Below, in pieces: positions 13,375 to 26,696 of a stretch of 64,000 nucleotides of DNA (positions are counted from its first letter, which is position 1; every line of letters starts with the position of its first letter). The DNA lies in assembly GCA_030704615.1 (NCBI GenBank), contig CM060732.1:28830001-28894000 (forward strand). The letters run 5' to 3'. The notes below the pieces were generated by a model, which ran no database searches, had not been told where the DNA came from, and was given only the letters and a program-made list of their open reading frames with translations. A program made the translations under genes and the position numbers. The stretch is from Takakia lepidozioides (lineage: Eukaryota; Plantae; Bryophyta).

Positions 13375-14560
13375 ATTTTCAGTCAGAACGGAAATGCGGT
13401 AGCGCATTTCCGTTCTGTAGAGTATTAAGGTCTGACCCTGGCGGAAATGCGGTGCCGCATTTTCGTTCCACAGCTCCATGCCTCACATACAAAACGGAAA
13501 TGCGGCGCCGCATTTCCGTTTTGGAATGTCGGAAGGTGCGACTCCGACGGAAATGCGGTACCGCATTTCAGTTCCGATGTTTCACGATTTTTCATCAGAA
13601 CGGAAATGCGGTGCCGCATTTGTGTTCTGGAATGTTGGGACGTGCGACTCGGATGGAAATGCGCTGCCGCATTTCAGTTCCGATGGTTCACGATTTTCAG
13701 TCAGAACGGAAATGCGGTACCGCATTTCCGTTCTGGATAGTATGAATGTCTCAAGCGGTCGGAATTGCACTCGGCTCCATGCATCAGATACAAAATGGAA
13801 ATGCGGCGCCGCATTTCCGTTCTGGAATGTCGGAAAGTGCGACTCGGACGGAAATGCAGTGCCGCATTTCTATTCCCGTTGTTCATAATTCTCAATCAGA
13901 ACGGAAATGCGGTACCGCATTTCCGTTCCACCTTCACATACCGTGCTTGCTGGATGGAAATGCGTTATTGCATTTCCGTTCTGGAGAGTGTTAAGGTCTC
14001 ACACGGGCGGAAATGCGGTGCCGCATTTCCGTTCTGGAATGTCGGAAAGTGCGACTCGTACGGAAATGCGGTGCCGCATTTCTGTTCCTTTTGTTCATGA
14101 TTCTCAATCAGAACGGAAATGCGGTACCGCATTTCCGTTCCACCTTCACATACCGTGCTTGCTGGATGGAAATGCGTTACCGCATTTCCGTTCTGGAGAG
14201 TGTTAAGGTCTCACCCGGGCGGAAATGCGGTGCCGCATTTCCGTTCTGGAATGTCGGAAAGTGCGACTTGGACGGAAATGCGGTGCCGCATTTCAGTTCC
14301 CTTTGTTCATGATTCTCAATCAGAACGGAAATGCGGTACCGCATTTCCATTCCACCTTCACATACCGTGCTTGCTGGATGGAAATGCGTTACCGCATTTC
14401 CGTACCACCTTCACATACCGTGCTTGCTGGATGGAAATGCGTTACCGCATTTCCGTTCTGGAGAGTATAAAGGTTTCCCCCGGACGGAAACTCGGTGCTG
14501 CATTTCCGTCGCTCTGGTGCATGACCAAGATGCAATACGGAAATGCGGTGCCATATTTCC
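13375..14560. repeat. Palindrome array (MULE copy 2) with exact 53-bp period and 212-bp higher-order repeat
   Basis: GGAAA starts at 13797, 13850, 13903 ... 14486, 14539 (15 units). Near-identical ORFs start at 13907, 14119 and 14331. Confidence 0.95.
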
Positions 14561-14975
14561 GTCCACCAGCAATCGAAAGAATCACTCGGGACGGGAAATC
14601 TGGAACCTGAATGGGTTGCATTGTTCCGAAACAACACAATTGCGGCCAGTCTTGATTAGCACAACTTGGTTGTCTGACCGTTTTAACTAACAGTACTGGC
14701 ACTTGTCAGTGCGAACGTTCCTGTCTGCACCGAGAATACTGCTGGATCACCCTTAGGAGAAACTGTCAGGAGATGTTATTTCGTCGCCGAATCGGCCATC
14801 ATTGTCATACTTACTGGCTATGGAATCACACCTCCCACCTTCATGCATGTAGCTTGAAACAATACTTCCACTTCAATGTGCGACTTCCAATCGTCGATGG
14901 ACTCCGCATGGTGCCTGTGAGCCTTGGTCTGTCGCTATACTGAACCTCGCACTTGCCAACTTCGTGCGGTGTTCG

Positions 14976-17900
14976 ATGGCTCCGAATTCCTACGCTATAG
15001 TTTGCTGTCCTCCGCAACTTGGGAGAGCCTGGATCGCAAACGAGGGAGGACTTTGCAGAGTGACTGAAACTTACCTTTGTTCCAAATTCAAGCTCAAACC
15101 GGGCACAATTTATTTGGAAGAAGAAAGGAATGATGTTCTTGGACAGGTTGACGAGACCATTGTCGTGCTAGGTAACGACGGAGGTTGCGGAATCGAATGG
15201 CACGTACCCCCATCAGACACCATCCTGTACCGAGCTGTGGGAATGCCCATTCCCTTTCCGAATCAGTCGCTGCCCACACCATCCACAAAGGAGTCCGGAA
15301 ACCGACAGGCGGCCACTGCCAACAGAGAGGTATGCAACAATAATCATTCCCGACCTGGACCGTCAAGACCCTCCATAGCTTCTCGTGTGGACGTATTCGA
15401 CATTTCCGACGAGGAAGATGATTGCATTGAGGTACCCATGTCCTCCACACGGTCGTTCAAATCCGGCATGGACATCTCTGTAGGTGCTACGGATGTGCCC
15501 TCGAGCATAACTCCAACCCGGTCCATTGTGTAGCTCCTACGACAACATCACCTCGATGGTTCTCGCTCCGAGCTGGCTGCTCTCGACTATGCCAAATTCC
15601 CAGTCAGAAAGGTAACGTTTCTGCCTCCCGAAGTCGATGGCAATGTCATCTTCGAGTTTCCACCTGTCTCTTCGTCAAACAAAGCCTTCGGGATGTTAAT
15701 AGACATGGATCGAAAGCATGACGGACACCCCTGGTGTGTGACGAAGACCAGTAGCACGAAAATTGCTGATGGTGTTCGGGTACGATACGTCCTGTGTGCG
15801 GGGAAGCTGAGGTGCCTGAATCCCGCCTGCTTCCACTTTCTTTCCAAAGGAGGGCGGAGAAACGAGACGGATTGGACTGGCACAATGCATCATCCATTCA
15901 TTGTCTCCAGCCAAGCTCTTGCGGGTTCTTTCAAGTGTGCACATTGCAAAGAACCACCAACGTGCATGTCCATGTGCAGAGCAAAGCAATATTACGTAAT
16001 CCATTTCCTCCCGGACTTGACTAGAGCTTGCATACACGTTGGGGTCCACTGCCACCCCTTGGCGAGAGGCAACATGCGTGAGGCTGTGCAGGAAGCACAC
16101 GACATCATAAAAGAGGAGGTGAAATTGAGCCCTAGAGCCAGACCAAAGCAGATTCAGCTGAAGGCAGCCCACAAGATTGCTCTTGGCAAAATCATGTCTG
16201 AAGATGGTTCCGACCGAGAGCCCTTGACAGAAGACGAGATGCGTGACCTCTTGGAGTCCGTCTCGCACGTTTGTAGTCCGAATGTGCGGAATCGCATCGT
16301 ATCTTGCAAGCAGGAGTTCGGCAGGGGGTCGGACATGTACTCAATCCTGGAGGTGAAACGAATGACTGGATATGACTACATCCAAGGTAGCAGGTTTCCA
16401 GGGCAAGGCAGCGAATCCGATCGTTGTTACATTTTCAAAATGTCGACGTGTGGGCCTGGGAGTGGAGTCGACTTGGTCACTTGCATGACAACTGGAAACT
16501 TGTCGAATGCTTGGGTGATGTTTGATCACATCAAGAGAATTACAAACCATCAGTGGGTGACTATGGGTGCGCATGTTTATGACTATCACTCCAAGAGGCT
16601 CATGACGATTGCAATCTGCGAGATGAAAGGGGAGGACACACAGTCCGAGATGCATCTGCGGGAGGGCATAAACGAGCAGATGGCAAGGGCGGGATTGCCA
16701 GAGCCCAATTTCAGGGGATTCATGGCAGACAACGCTCAGGCCAACTGGGCAGCGGTGCGGCGTGTGTACGGTGAGGACCCCAATGTTCCAATGGAGGGGA
16801 AAGAGAGATCCTGTGGATTCCATTGGATGCAGAGTCTATCCCACTACACTACCAAATTTGTTGCTAGCTCATTCCAGGCTGAACACCGTGTCCTTTGTAC
16901 GGCGTGGAAGGATGCACCCACATTTGATGACGCGGAGGTTAAGTTTGCTATCATCGAGGCTTGGTGGAACACGTCAGGTGCAGTGGAGATAACCAATCTG
17001 GGAGCATTGCACAGCTAGTTGGGGTGGTGGCATTTTTGGTATCGACAGTTCGGACAGTACATGCGGGAGGTAGGCTGCTGTCATTTTCGTTCATTTGTCT
17101 TTCTGTTACGGACATTTCGATTGGTCCCTCACCATTGTTTGTGTCCTTCTAGGAGCGGTGCTTGGATTCCGACACTGACATGCCGAACACGAATATGGCA
17201 GAATCGGTCCACTCCTCCTGGCGAGCGTCTTCTGCCGCACATCTGGTGGACGTAGTGACGGCCACAACGGAGGACATCGACAGAGCAATCATGCAGCAAG
17301 CCACGTACTACAAGTTCCTGAGCGGCAAACAATGGGGCTTTGGGCCGGACAGGGAGGAATTGTTGGTACGAACAGCTTCGAGGTCCAAGAATCCACTGAA
17401 ATGGGCGACAACATTGCGAGAGAAGATCAAAGGGACGCCTCTGCACCGCAGAGGTGAACACCTAGAGGGGGACGTCCGGACTCGCCCTGTGAGGCGGAGG
17501 ATTGAAGAGGAACCCGAGTGCGAAGAGGATTCCTGGAGATCCGACAGGAACATTCGGACAGCATCTCGAGGTCCCGTCATGTTGCCGCACAATGTGTCTT
17601 CCAGCAGTGGAAGCCCAAGAAATTCCAGATCGCCGTCGCCTTCAACCGGGGATTTCGTGCTAGAAATTCCCACCGCTCCCTTGCCCCAGATTCCGCCCGC
17701 TGTTATGCAGTATGGCCAAGCCATTGTGGAGACGACTGTGTCTGCATCACAGTGGAGAATTGCTCGCAAAAGCCGTCGTTTCGAGGAAGGTGTTCCGCAA
17801 TTCGTGTGGATACACGGCAACGTTGTTTAGAGATGATAAGGAGGAATCCAGATGGGGTTGTCCCTGCTCCTACTTTTACAGGAAGATTTGTCCATGCAAA

Positions 17901-18062
17901 GTTTGCGGAGGCGACAACCACCCAGTTCTGGTTCTGCAGGCACGACATTATGACTTGCGTGTATGGAAAGCCCAAGTACGGCATACAAACAATGCCAGAG
18001 GCTCCCCCGGTGTGGCCGGTGGAACCAGGCTGCGATCTGAGTCAGGTTGAGGCCAACGCCCT
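14976..18062 (+). pseudogene. MULE transposase copy 2, 5' part (GCM-like zinc finger and DDE core), interrupted by the Gypsy insertion
   Basis: ATG at 14976. CAGKLRCLNPAC..CAHC..HVGVHCHP; D(MFDH), D(MADN), CGFH, E(NMAES). Intron 17070-17152. Premature TAGs at 15531 and 17016 are sense codons in other copies. Confidence 0.85.
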
Positions 18063-18585
18063 TGTCGTCCGCATACATATCGCTACACAACTACATCGCT
18101 GTCCAAACCACACCACACATATATGCACAATAAAGTAGTCTAGCACAATAGATAAACAAGCTAAAGTCACACACGATGCAAAGCATGTAAACCAAACCAT
18201 CACTCTTAGAAATAGAAGTCGAGCCAGGGGCACCCCAAGCTATGGGGACTCCACCCCACAACAACCTACACTCCCATCATAAGCACACTCAGATCTAAAC
18301 GCATGAAGGAGCTCGGTCGCGCAGGCTCAACTCGAGAGAGATGAGCTGCGCGACTGCCGCCCTCGTGAAGATAAGACAGACCAGGTGTCAAACTAAACTT
18401 GACACCTGATTTAACACTTGACCTAAATCCAAGTGTTAAATACAAATAACTAGTTTTATTCTAGCTGTTTTCACACTGTGCTTATTTAACTTGACAGCTG
18501 TCGTGCGCATACATATCGCTACACAACTACATCGCTGTCCAAACCACACCACACATATATGCACAATAAAGTAGTCTAGCACAAT
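18063..18585 (-). repeat. 3' terminal complex A(18499-18585)-gc-B(18151-18496)-A(18063-18149)
   Basis: 87-bp A present twice; 346-bp B also at 29774-30119; polypurine tract at about 18586-18595. Confidence 0.95.
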
Positions 18586-18842
18586 CGCCCCCCTAGCTGG
18601 TGGATAGGTCCCTCTACCTCCAGATAGCTACAAGATGTAATAGCCACAGCCGTACTAAGTCCTCTATCACTGTCTTTATCGTGCTCAAACTCTATCAACC
18701 AAGAGGCCGGGTACAAGAGTAGCCCCATCGTTAGTCGCCGTCTTGCAATCTATGAACTTGAGCCAAGATCTCGTGTGTTCAAGGTCTCCTAGTAGCTGGG
18801 CCTTGCGTTTCTTGTTAGCCTCCATGGTTGTATCCACCCCCA

Positions 18843-21800
18843 CTATCCAATGCAATGTGGACATAACCAATCCCCATCCGGAACCATCTCAAGAGGTGGA
18901 GTCAAGCATCCCATATGCCAACCTCTAGAGCACCGATCACATACCAGCATGGTGGCTGCCCCTTTAGCAGACCCACACAACATGCACCTCAAACCTGCAG
19001 ATACCACTGCCAGGTTTGGGTCAATCCTGCCATCGACATTCGGAAGGTGACATGGCGCACAATTACGCACATGGTCCTTCCAAGTGATGCCATCCCGACC
19101 CTCCAAGACCAAGACGCCTGAGGGCAAGACCTCTCGAACCCTCAAAATAACACGTCTGCAGTCACATCCAGGGTCGTAGGAGCAGTCTGCTGCAGATAGA
19201 CATAGTCACCAGGGTTGAATCTCCGAACCCCAGGACGATAGCCCCCACCACGTATGGTAGCATACCTCAACGTATCACGGTGTTGTGCAATGGCAAGGTT
19301 CTCGAAAGCCATAGGCATGACTCTCTTGAACAACTCTGCACGCTGCTCACATGCACGTGCCCACACGTCCGGATCGTCAAGGTTAAGAACTGTAGCAGCT
19401 TCTCTGCGAATGGATGTAGGCAAATCCGGCTCTCGGCCAAAGAGAAGAAAGTATGGTGAGAAGGAGGCAAGTGATGCTTGCTTGCTGAACCTGTAGCCCA
19501 TGGCTAACCAGGGTAACTGAAGGTCCCAATCTCCTAGGTGTCCCTTCTGCAAGCCATACTTGCGCAAACCCCTCTTTACTGTCTGAACAACTCTCTCTGC
19601 CAAGCCATCGGCTTCAGGATGATCCCGAGAAGTGGTGCGGTGGTCTATCAAGGCCTTGTCACACAAAGCCTGAAACTCCCCCAAGAACTCTCTCCCTTGG
19701 TCCGTGAGTACCTCAGCTGGAGCACCGAATCGGCTAAGCACACAATCCAGGAATGCATACGCAGCTCCCTCACTAGCCTTATCAGGCAATGGAACCAATT
19801 CAATCCACTTGGAGAAGTGCTCCACCATCACCAACACGTACTTGTTGTGGCGCATGGTCAGTGGCAACGGCCCTGCGAAGTCAAGACTCCACCTGTAGCC
19901 CAATCCCATGATCGGAAGAGGGTGCAATTGTGGAGTAGGGGCGTTGAATGAAGCACGCACCCTGTCACACACCATGCACCTAGCCACAAAGTTGTTGCAC
20001 CTCTGTGTGCATACCACGCCACCAATACTGCCCCTGCAGTAGACTATGAGTGCGTCGCACCCCAAAATGCCCCAACTCCTCATGGGCATGCCGCACTAAC
20101 CGTGCCCGTTGTGTTGGGTGAGGCACAATCCTCACTCGACCATCCTCCCACACTCGGAGCAGGTGTGTCCCCTCCCACCTGAACCTCTTGGCTCGTTGTA
20201 GGATCCGATCCCTCTCCTTGGTAGTCATAGTGGCTGTCGTGTCTCCACTGCGGAGGTAGTCCAACACAACTGAATCCTCATGTATATCTTTGGCGCCACC
20301 CTGCTCATTGCTGGCCTCAGGGTCCTCAGACACTTGATCTACAGTCATCCCTGTTGTAGGTCCAACCTGGCCTTCCGCTGCCAAGATACACAGAAATGCA
20401 GATGCATGCCATCCGGGCACCATCTCCTCGTCCGTCTCACCATGCCACCGAGCTCCAGTGTCATCCTGCTGGCTCGTGCATGGATTGCGACTCAACCCAT
20501 CTGCATTTCGATTGACCAAACCCGGTCGATGCACCACCTGAAAGTCATACTCTTGAAGGATGAGTGCCCACCGTGCAAGCTTCCCCGTAAGCTTGTCTGA
20601 CTCCATCAACCACTTGAGTGGTTGGTGATCCGTGACAAGGGTGAAGAGATTGCCGTATAAATAGCACCTGAAGTGTGCCACGGCCCACACTGCAGCTAAG
20701 CATTCTCCCTCATATGAGCTATACTTAGACTCTGCAGCATTGTTCGAGCGGCTAGCATAAGCCACTACGAACTCTCTTCCCTCATCATCCACCTGTGTGA
20801 GCACCGCTCCAAGCCCCAGCATGCTCCAATCTGTATGCAGCTGAAAAGGACGCCCCCTGATAGGTCGTCTCAAGATGGGCGCCGAGGTCAACCTCGCCTT
20901 GAGCTCTTGAAAAGCTTGTTCTTGCTCATCTTCCCACTGCCACTCCTGGTCCACCTTGGTCAGCTTGGTTAGAGCCTTTGCAATGGCACTAAATCCCTTA
21001 ACAAACCGTCTGTAATAGTTTGCTAACCCCATGAAAGCTCGAACTCGGCTCACATCCGTGGGGTGTGGAACCTGTGCAATGGACTCTACCTTAGTCTGCT
21101 GTACCCCCAATCCTCCAGGATATATCATGTGACCCAGATACTCAATCTGGTTGTGGAAAAACTTGCACTTGCCCGGATGTAACTTCAATCCGTGCGTCCT
21201 CAAGCGCTCAAATACCCCCTGAAGGTGTCTCTCATGCTCCTCCACCGTAGCACTAAAGGTGATGATGTCATCTATGTAGCACCGAGCAAACTCCACCCCT
21301 GCTAGAATCCTGTCCATGACTCTTTGAAACTCAGCGGGAGCGTTTTTAAGCCCAAATGGTAAGAACCGCCACTGGTATAGGCAATCCTTCCCGTGCTCAT
21401 TGATCCCCCAGAATGCCGTCTTTTGCTTATCCGCCTCCTTGATCGGCAACTGGTGATATCCGGATCGTAAATCCAACGTGCTAAAGACCTTGGAATGCCC
21501 AATGGCATCAAAGATCTCCTCTGGTGTTGGCATGGCATACCTATCGGACTTGGTCTGACGATTTACAGGCCGGTAATCACCGCACATACGTCTCTCCGTC
21601 CAATTGCCATAGACATCCTTCTTAGCTGGCATCACTGTGGCTGAAGCATACTCTCCACCAGAGAGCTCCACCAAACCTGCCTCCCAGAGATCTTGAGTCC
21701 TCATCTGAATCAAAGACCTCTCCATGTCACTGTATCTATAGGGTCTCCGAAAGATTGGCGTGTCAGTGGCCAACTCAATACGGATCTCTTGACCCTTCAG

Positions 21801-21977
21801 TGCTCCCAAGTCCTTCAAACTGAAGGCAAAGCAATTCCTGTAAGCCCTCAGGAACCGCCGTATACGTCGTCTCTCTCCTCCGGTGACAATGGGTCCAATA
21901 TCAGGCTCCCAATTGTCCTCCGTAACTGCAACCTTAAGTCCAGTGGGCTTAGAGGTAGAGGACGCGTCCCGTGGTTG
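18843..21977 (-). CDS. Pol: RT, RNase H, integrase and C-terminal PHD finger (two frameshifts)
   Basis: LDLRSGYHQ, LPFGLKNAP, YIDD; TDWS, AYASR, TDHQPL; HEELGHFG..CMVC; SLDF, TDQGREF, GLAER; C4HC3 PHD CMLC..CDRC..WHMGC..WLCPHC. Confidence 0.93.
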
Positions 21978-24610
21978 CTATGCTGCAACCTCTTGAGCAG
22001 TACCCCTTCCTGCTCAGTCAATGACAAGGCCTCATCCTGCCCCATCATCTCATCATTGAGAACCTCCTCATCCCGAGAAGAATCCCCAACCTCATCCATC
22101 ACAGCTGCCTTCGCTGCCAACTCCCTCTGAACCTCGAGCACCTCCCACATGTGCCATGGATGTCTACACCTCGTGGTCCTCACCGGCTCGCCCCCACTCG
22201 CTGCCTGTACCGTCTCGGTAGGCAGAGAGACCATCAAGGGAAGTGCACTCCGCACTCTACGTTGCTCAGCCATAGCCAAGCTGACAATCCAGGTCAAGCA
22301 ATTGAGATCCATTGCTTGCCCCAACACCTGACGACGTGATGCCTCAGAAAGGGAAGGCACCGCCGTGGTCCCAGTGGAAAACCCCATAGCCCGCTCTCGC
22401 TCGTCGGCATTAGGCTCCACTAACTGCTGCAACTGAGCATCCCACAGGAGGCCAGGTCCACCATCCCGAAAAGCATGGGATCCTGGGAAGCTGAGCAGTG
22501 TAGGTAATGCTGCTCGTGGTTGACCCACTCTATTGACCACTGCCAAAGGCGAACGGTCATCGTGTCTCACACGTTGAGACTGCCTTCCTGTGTCCAAAAT
22601 GCCATCCACGGTGAGGTGTGCTGGCCGCTGCACCCCATCAAATGCACGCTTGAGCAGTGCGGGTGGCATCAAGTTAGTCCACCATAGTCGTGGACGATGA
22701 GCCCGTGACCCCACTGCAGCTGCATCCAGCAATACTGCTAACCCAAGCCACGACCGGACTTGATGCACACTGGCCATCACCCTGGCCCGAGAATCACCCA
22801 TCAGTGGCACATTCTCCAAGATGTATGCCGGAGATACAGCCTGATGAAGCTGCAAGTGGCGCAAAATCCGCACCATCTCCCAAAACAGACCCGTCCTCGA
22901 GTCTCGCAATCCATTGCCATGCCCGGCTGATGAATGCCCTTGGCAGGGCCAACCTGCCACTACCAGATCAATGGAGCCAACCCGCTCCAAATCCTGCGCC
23001 CCCAGCAACGCAATGTCTGCTGGCAAGGCCTGCTGATATCCACGAACTGCAGACACCGGCAACAACTCAGGGTGCTGCTGCACCATCTGAGCAACATGGC
23101 GCAGTGAGACGCGTCGTGCAGTCTCATCCCTCTCCACATACAGGTAACGTCGAACTCGTACACCTGTCTGCAGCACTGCAGCCAATCCAGTGCTGATCCC
23201 GCCAAATAAGTCCAGAAGGCATATGCCTTCATCCGGTCGCTGCCACACAAGAGGTGTGGTGTCCAATGGCGACAACTGAGGTGGCCCTGGTACAATCACC
23301 GCACTCTCCTCCTCTCCTGACGGTACAAAAGCTTCTACCCAAGCTTGTTGCACCCGTCCATCAGCAGCGTGCTGCAAATCCTGGCTCGTACCCCACAACG
23401 GAGTGTGAGCAACCATGGCAGGCAACTCCGCCGTACCATGCATGTCATCCTGCTCTGCTGGAGGTGGCACATCCTCTGCATGGGCATTGCCTTCCAGCAA
23501 CTCTCCAGGCCAGCTGACTGCAGCTGTGAAGGCGGCTAGTGTTGGCATCTTGCCCCGCTGAGCAGCTGCAATACCCCCAATGAATGTCACAGGGAGCTGT
23601 GCACGGCGACCATCCCCTGACTGCCATCCAGGCCTGTAGGATGCTGACTCCTCCCAGAAATCCAGGGTGAAGCCCATGGGGTATAACACTGCCCCACCAA
23701 CGAGGACATCGTAAGAGACCGCGTCTGTCACAATGGCCTTGGCTCGCATCACTGAGCCATCTACAGGATGATCCGGCTGCAGTCTAATAGCCAACTGATG
23801 CCGTGTCATGCCGCGAGCCTGCTCTGATCCTCCCAGAGATGTCTGTATCTGGAAAGGACAAGGCTCCATATCCGCCTCCATGAGGCCCAAACCTGCAATA
23901 GCAGCTCTGCCCAACATCAGTGGCTGAGCTCCTGAGTCCAACAAGACCCGCAGTGGCCGGTACTTCTTGCCTGCCGGTCCACTCAAAGTGAAAATGCCTC
24001 CCTGGTTGTCTAACAAGACAACTCCAGGTGTCACCATGGCGCGCTCAAAGGCTGGCCTAGCTGGCAGCTCCGTCAATCTGGCAGCTGCAGCTTGCCAGGG
24101 CGCTGCCGTGGCAGTCTTGACCCTCAAATCCGAGGATCCCTCTGCCACTACACCTTCCACTAACTCCGCAGAAGATGAAGTGACCTCTCCACTCTCGCAG
24201 AGTGTTGCTGCTAGTCTGAACACTGCAGCTGGTCTCACTCCCGGCGTCGCAATCATGGTCGCCGAGAACAGTGGGGCTTGACACACAGAGGTGGCTGCTC
24301 CCAATAACACACCGGCTGCACTAGCCTTGGTAGTAGGTGTCAGTGCTGCACGGGTAGCTCTCCCCAATGGCGTAGTAACCTCCGCCTCGGTAACAGTCGG
24401 GCGAGAACTAGATGCCATGGATGGCGTTGACACTGTCTCCGCCAAGGTGAATGACTGAGGCAGCCTTGCCTGACGGCTTGCCTCCCAACGTTGTGGATCC
24501 AACTCCACCTCTGCACCTCGTGGCTCAGGAACTCGTGTTGCTCCTCGAGTCACGGCTGCAGCAGACTCCACCTGCTCTAATGGTAGTGCTGCTCCGCACA
24601 TGAATCCCAT
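21978..24610 (-). CDS. Aspartic protease plus C5 cytosine DNA methyltransferase (DNMT3-like) part of the polyprotein
   Basis: LLDSGAQ protease near 23940. DNMT at about 22290-23225: LDLFGG (I), YVERD (II), AGWPCQG (IV), ILENV (VI), HRPRLWWTN (VIII), ERERAMGF (IX), LGQAMD (X). Confidence 0.92.
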
Positions 24611-26177
24611 CCGCCCATATCTCCTCCCTCAGGAGCAGGAGGTGGGCCATCCCGCCTGGGAGCCGGTACCGCCTGAGCTATAGCCATGGCAGCGAGCCTC
24701 TGCTCTAGCTGCTGAAGCCGATTGGCCATGCCTTGGTCAACACCCTGACCTCCGCGTCCTTGGCCATGTGGAGCTTGCCCTTGGCCTGCACCTCGTGCCC
24801 GACCACCTCGTCCTCTTTGGGCTGGTCCACCTCGCCCCCGGCCACCATTGTTCCCTTGGAACTGGCCTGGGCGCAACTCAGGATGCAAGTCATAACACTG
24901 GGCATCTCCATGCCCATACTTGCCACAATGCCCACACTGCAACTGTGCAGGCTGTGCTTGTGCCGGCCTTCTGCCATTCTCTGGGCAATCTCTTTTGACA
25001 TGGGGTCCTCCACATGTCCAACATATCACCCCTGGTTGCTGTTGGCCTGCAAAAGATGCCACGGGCCTCTGCACCTGAGGTCCCCTGTAAGCTCCATGGA
25101 ACTTGGGCTGGGCAACCTTGCCCCCCTGACCACGCTGTTGGGCAGTCCCTTGTGCCTGTGGGCTGACAGCTGTGCCCCGTACAGGCATGTCCTTGCCAAA
25201 TCCAATTGTAACAACTCGCTCCTCCACCATGTTGAGCTCAATCCGCTCAGCCAGCAGAAACACATCTGCTAATGTGGGTTGGGCTGCTTGTAACAGGGTT
25301 GCATCTCGCACCCTTCTCTTGAGCTCCTTGTCCAGAATTCCATACCAAAACTGGATTGCCTGAGCTTCAGTAACCCCTTGGGTCACACTTATCAAGCGCC
25401 TCATACGAGTGTACGCCTCTCGCAGGCTCTCACTGGGTTTGCGCTGGAAGTCTTGCAAACTTCGCAGCTTCTCTGTCCGTACACCTTGGTAGTTCCTCCG
25501 CAACTCCTGGAAGAACTCCACCACCGGGTTGAATCTAGGCAATGTGTTGTAGTCGTGGCAGGAGAAGTAGTAGCACCTTTTGAACTGGTACCACCTTCAG
25601 AAGTACCAGCACTACTTGCTCCACTACTAGTGCTGGCAGTGGGAGCTATTGGTACTGATGCAGCTACTGGTCGCGTCGTGCCTCGAGTAATGGAGACGTA
25701 GTCAGGTGACCAATACATCCTCCACTCCTCAATCTCTGCTTCATGTCCTCGCCTGAACTCGTGGTAATCGTCCATAGGCGGGCCTTCCAAATGCTGGAAC
25801 AGTCCCTTCCACGCCATGAATGGGGTGAATAGCTGTGGATTGCGCATCTGCTGCAAATCACACCAGCTGTCGAACTCCTGGATAAAGTCATCCAACTCGA
25901 TTGTGCCCACAGCTCCAGAGTACCTACGAGGCCCCTTGGTAGCTCCATACATCACCTCCATGTCGTCCCACAACAATGGCGAATGAAAGTGCACACCTGT
26001 TGATGAAGCCTCCGAGTCTGTGTCTGACGCTACAGTAGTTGAGGGTGGCGGTGAAGGTGGTCTGAACCGAATACCTCGTCTTGTGACCCCACTCTCACTG
26101 TCACTGCTTGTAGCCGTACTCCCCTCAAAACCCTTGGGTAACTCCGTAATGACACTCACAATGTGCACCTCCTCCAC
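24577..26177 (-). CDS. Gag with two zinc knuckles and RGG-rich region (frameshifted)
   Basis: YSG..LDDFIQEF; FQRKPSESLREAY; CWTCGGPHVKRDC and CGHCGKYGHGDAQC. Confidence 0.88.
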
Positions 26178-26696
26178 GTGACACTATAAGGCTCTAGTAC
26201 TAATCTAATAGTGACACGGGTGGGCACCTGTTGCAGTCTAAGGGTCATATCCCAATGGCTCAGGGCACCTGCACCTGCATCCACCGCAAGAACTCCTATG
26301 GTTGGCTGGTCATCAACCCAGCCTCACCATAGAAGAAACACTGGTGGTCTTGCTGGTCATCACTCCAGCCTCACCACCGACAGCATACTCTAGGATTGAC
26401 CGGTGATCAAATCCGGCCTAATCCCTATGAAAGCAAGCGCCCACACAAAACCAACATGGCGCACAGTCAAGCATGCAGGTGTTGGGGGGGATCCAAACAC
26501 AAGAAATCAAAACATCAACACCCCCACACCAAAGTCCAGCAGCAACGCTGATCCTGCAGAATATCCCAGCCCAAAACCCCGGACTGACTGGCCTCCACCA
26601 AGAGAGGCTTTGGCAACTACAAGTACAAGGTAATGAAAATAGTACAGAGATGGAGGGGAAGAATAGGAGCCCGCCCAAGCAAGATCTAATCCTGAT

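Noticed and set aside
13375-14560. CRISPR-like array (palindromic repeat with fixed-length spacers)
   Set aside because: Spacers recur in a 212-bp higher-order repeat and are shared among transposon copies; no cas genes; eukaryotic context.
19142-26177. Programmed frameshifts within gag and pol
   Set aside because: Indels occur at different positions in the two copies and largely cancel in a consensus; only the TAG is shared.
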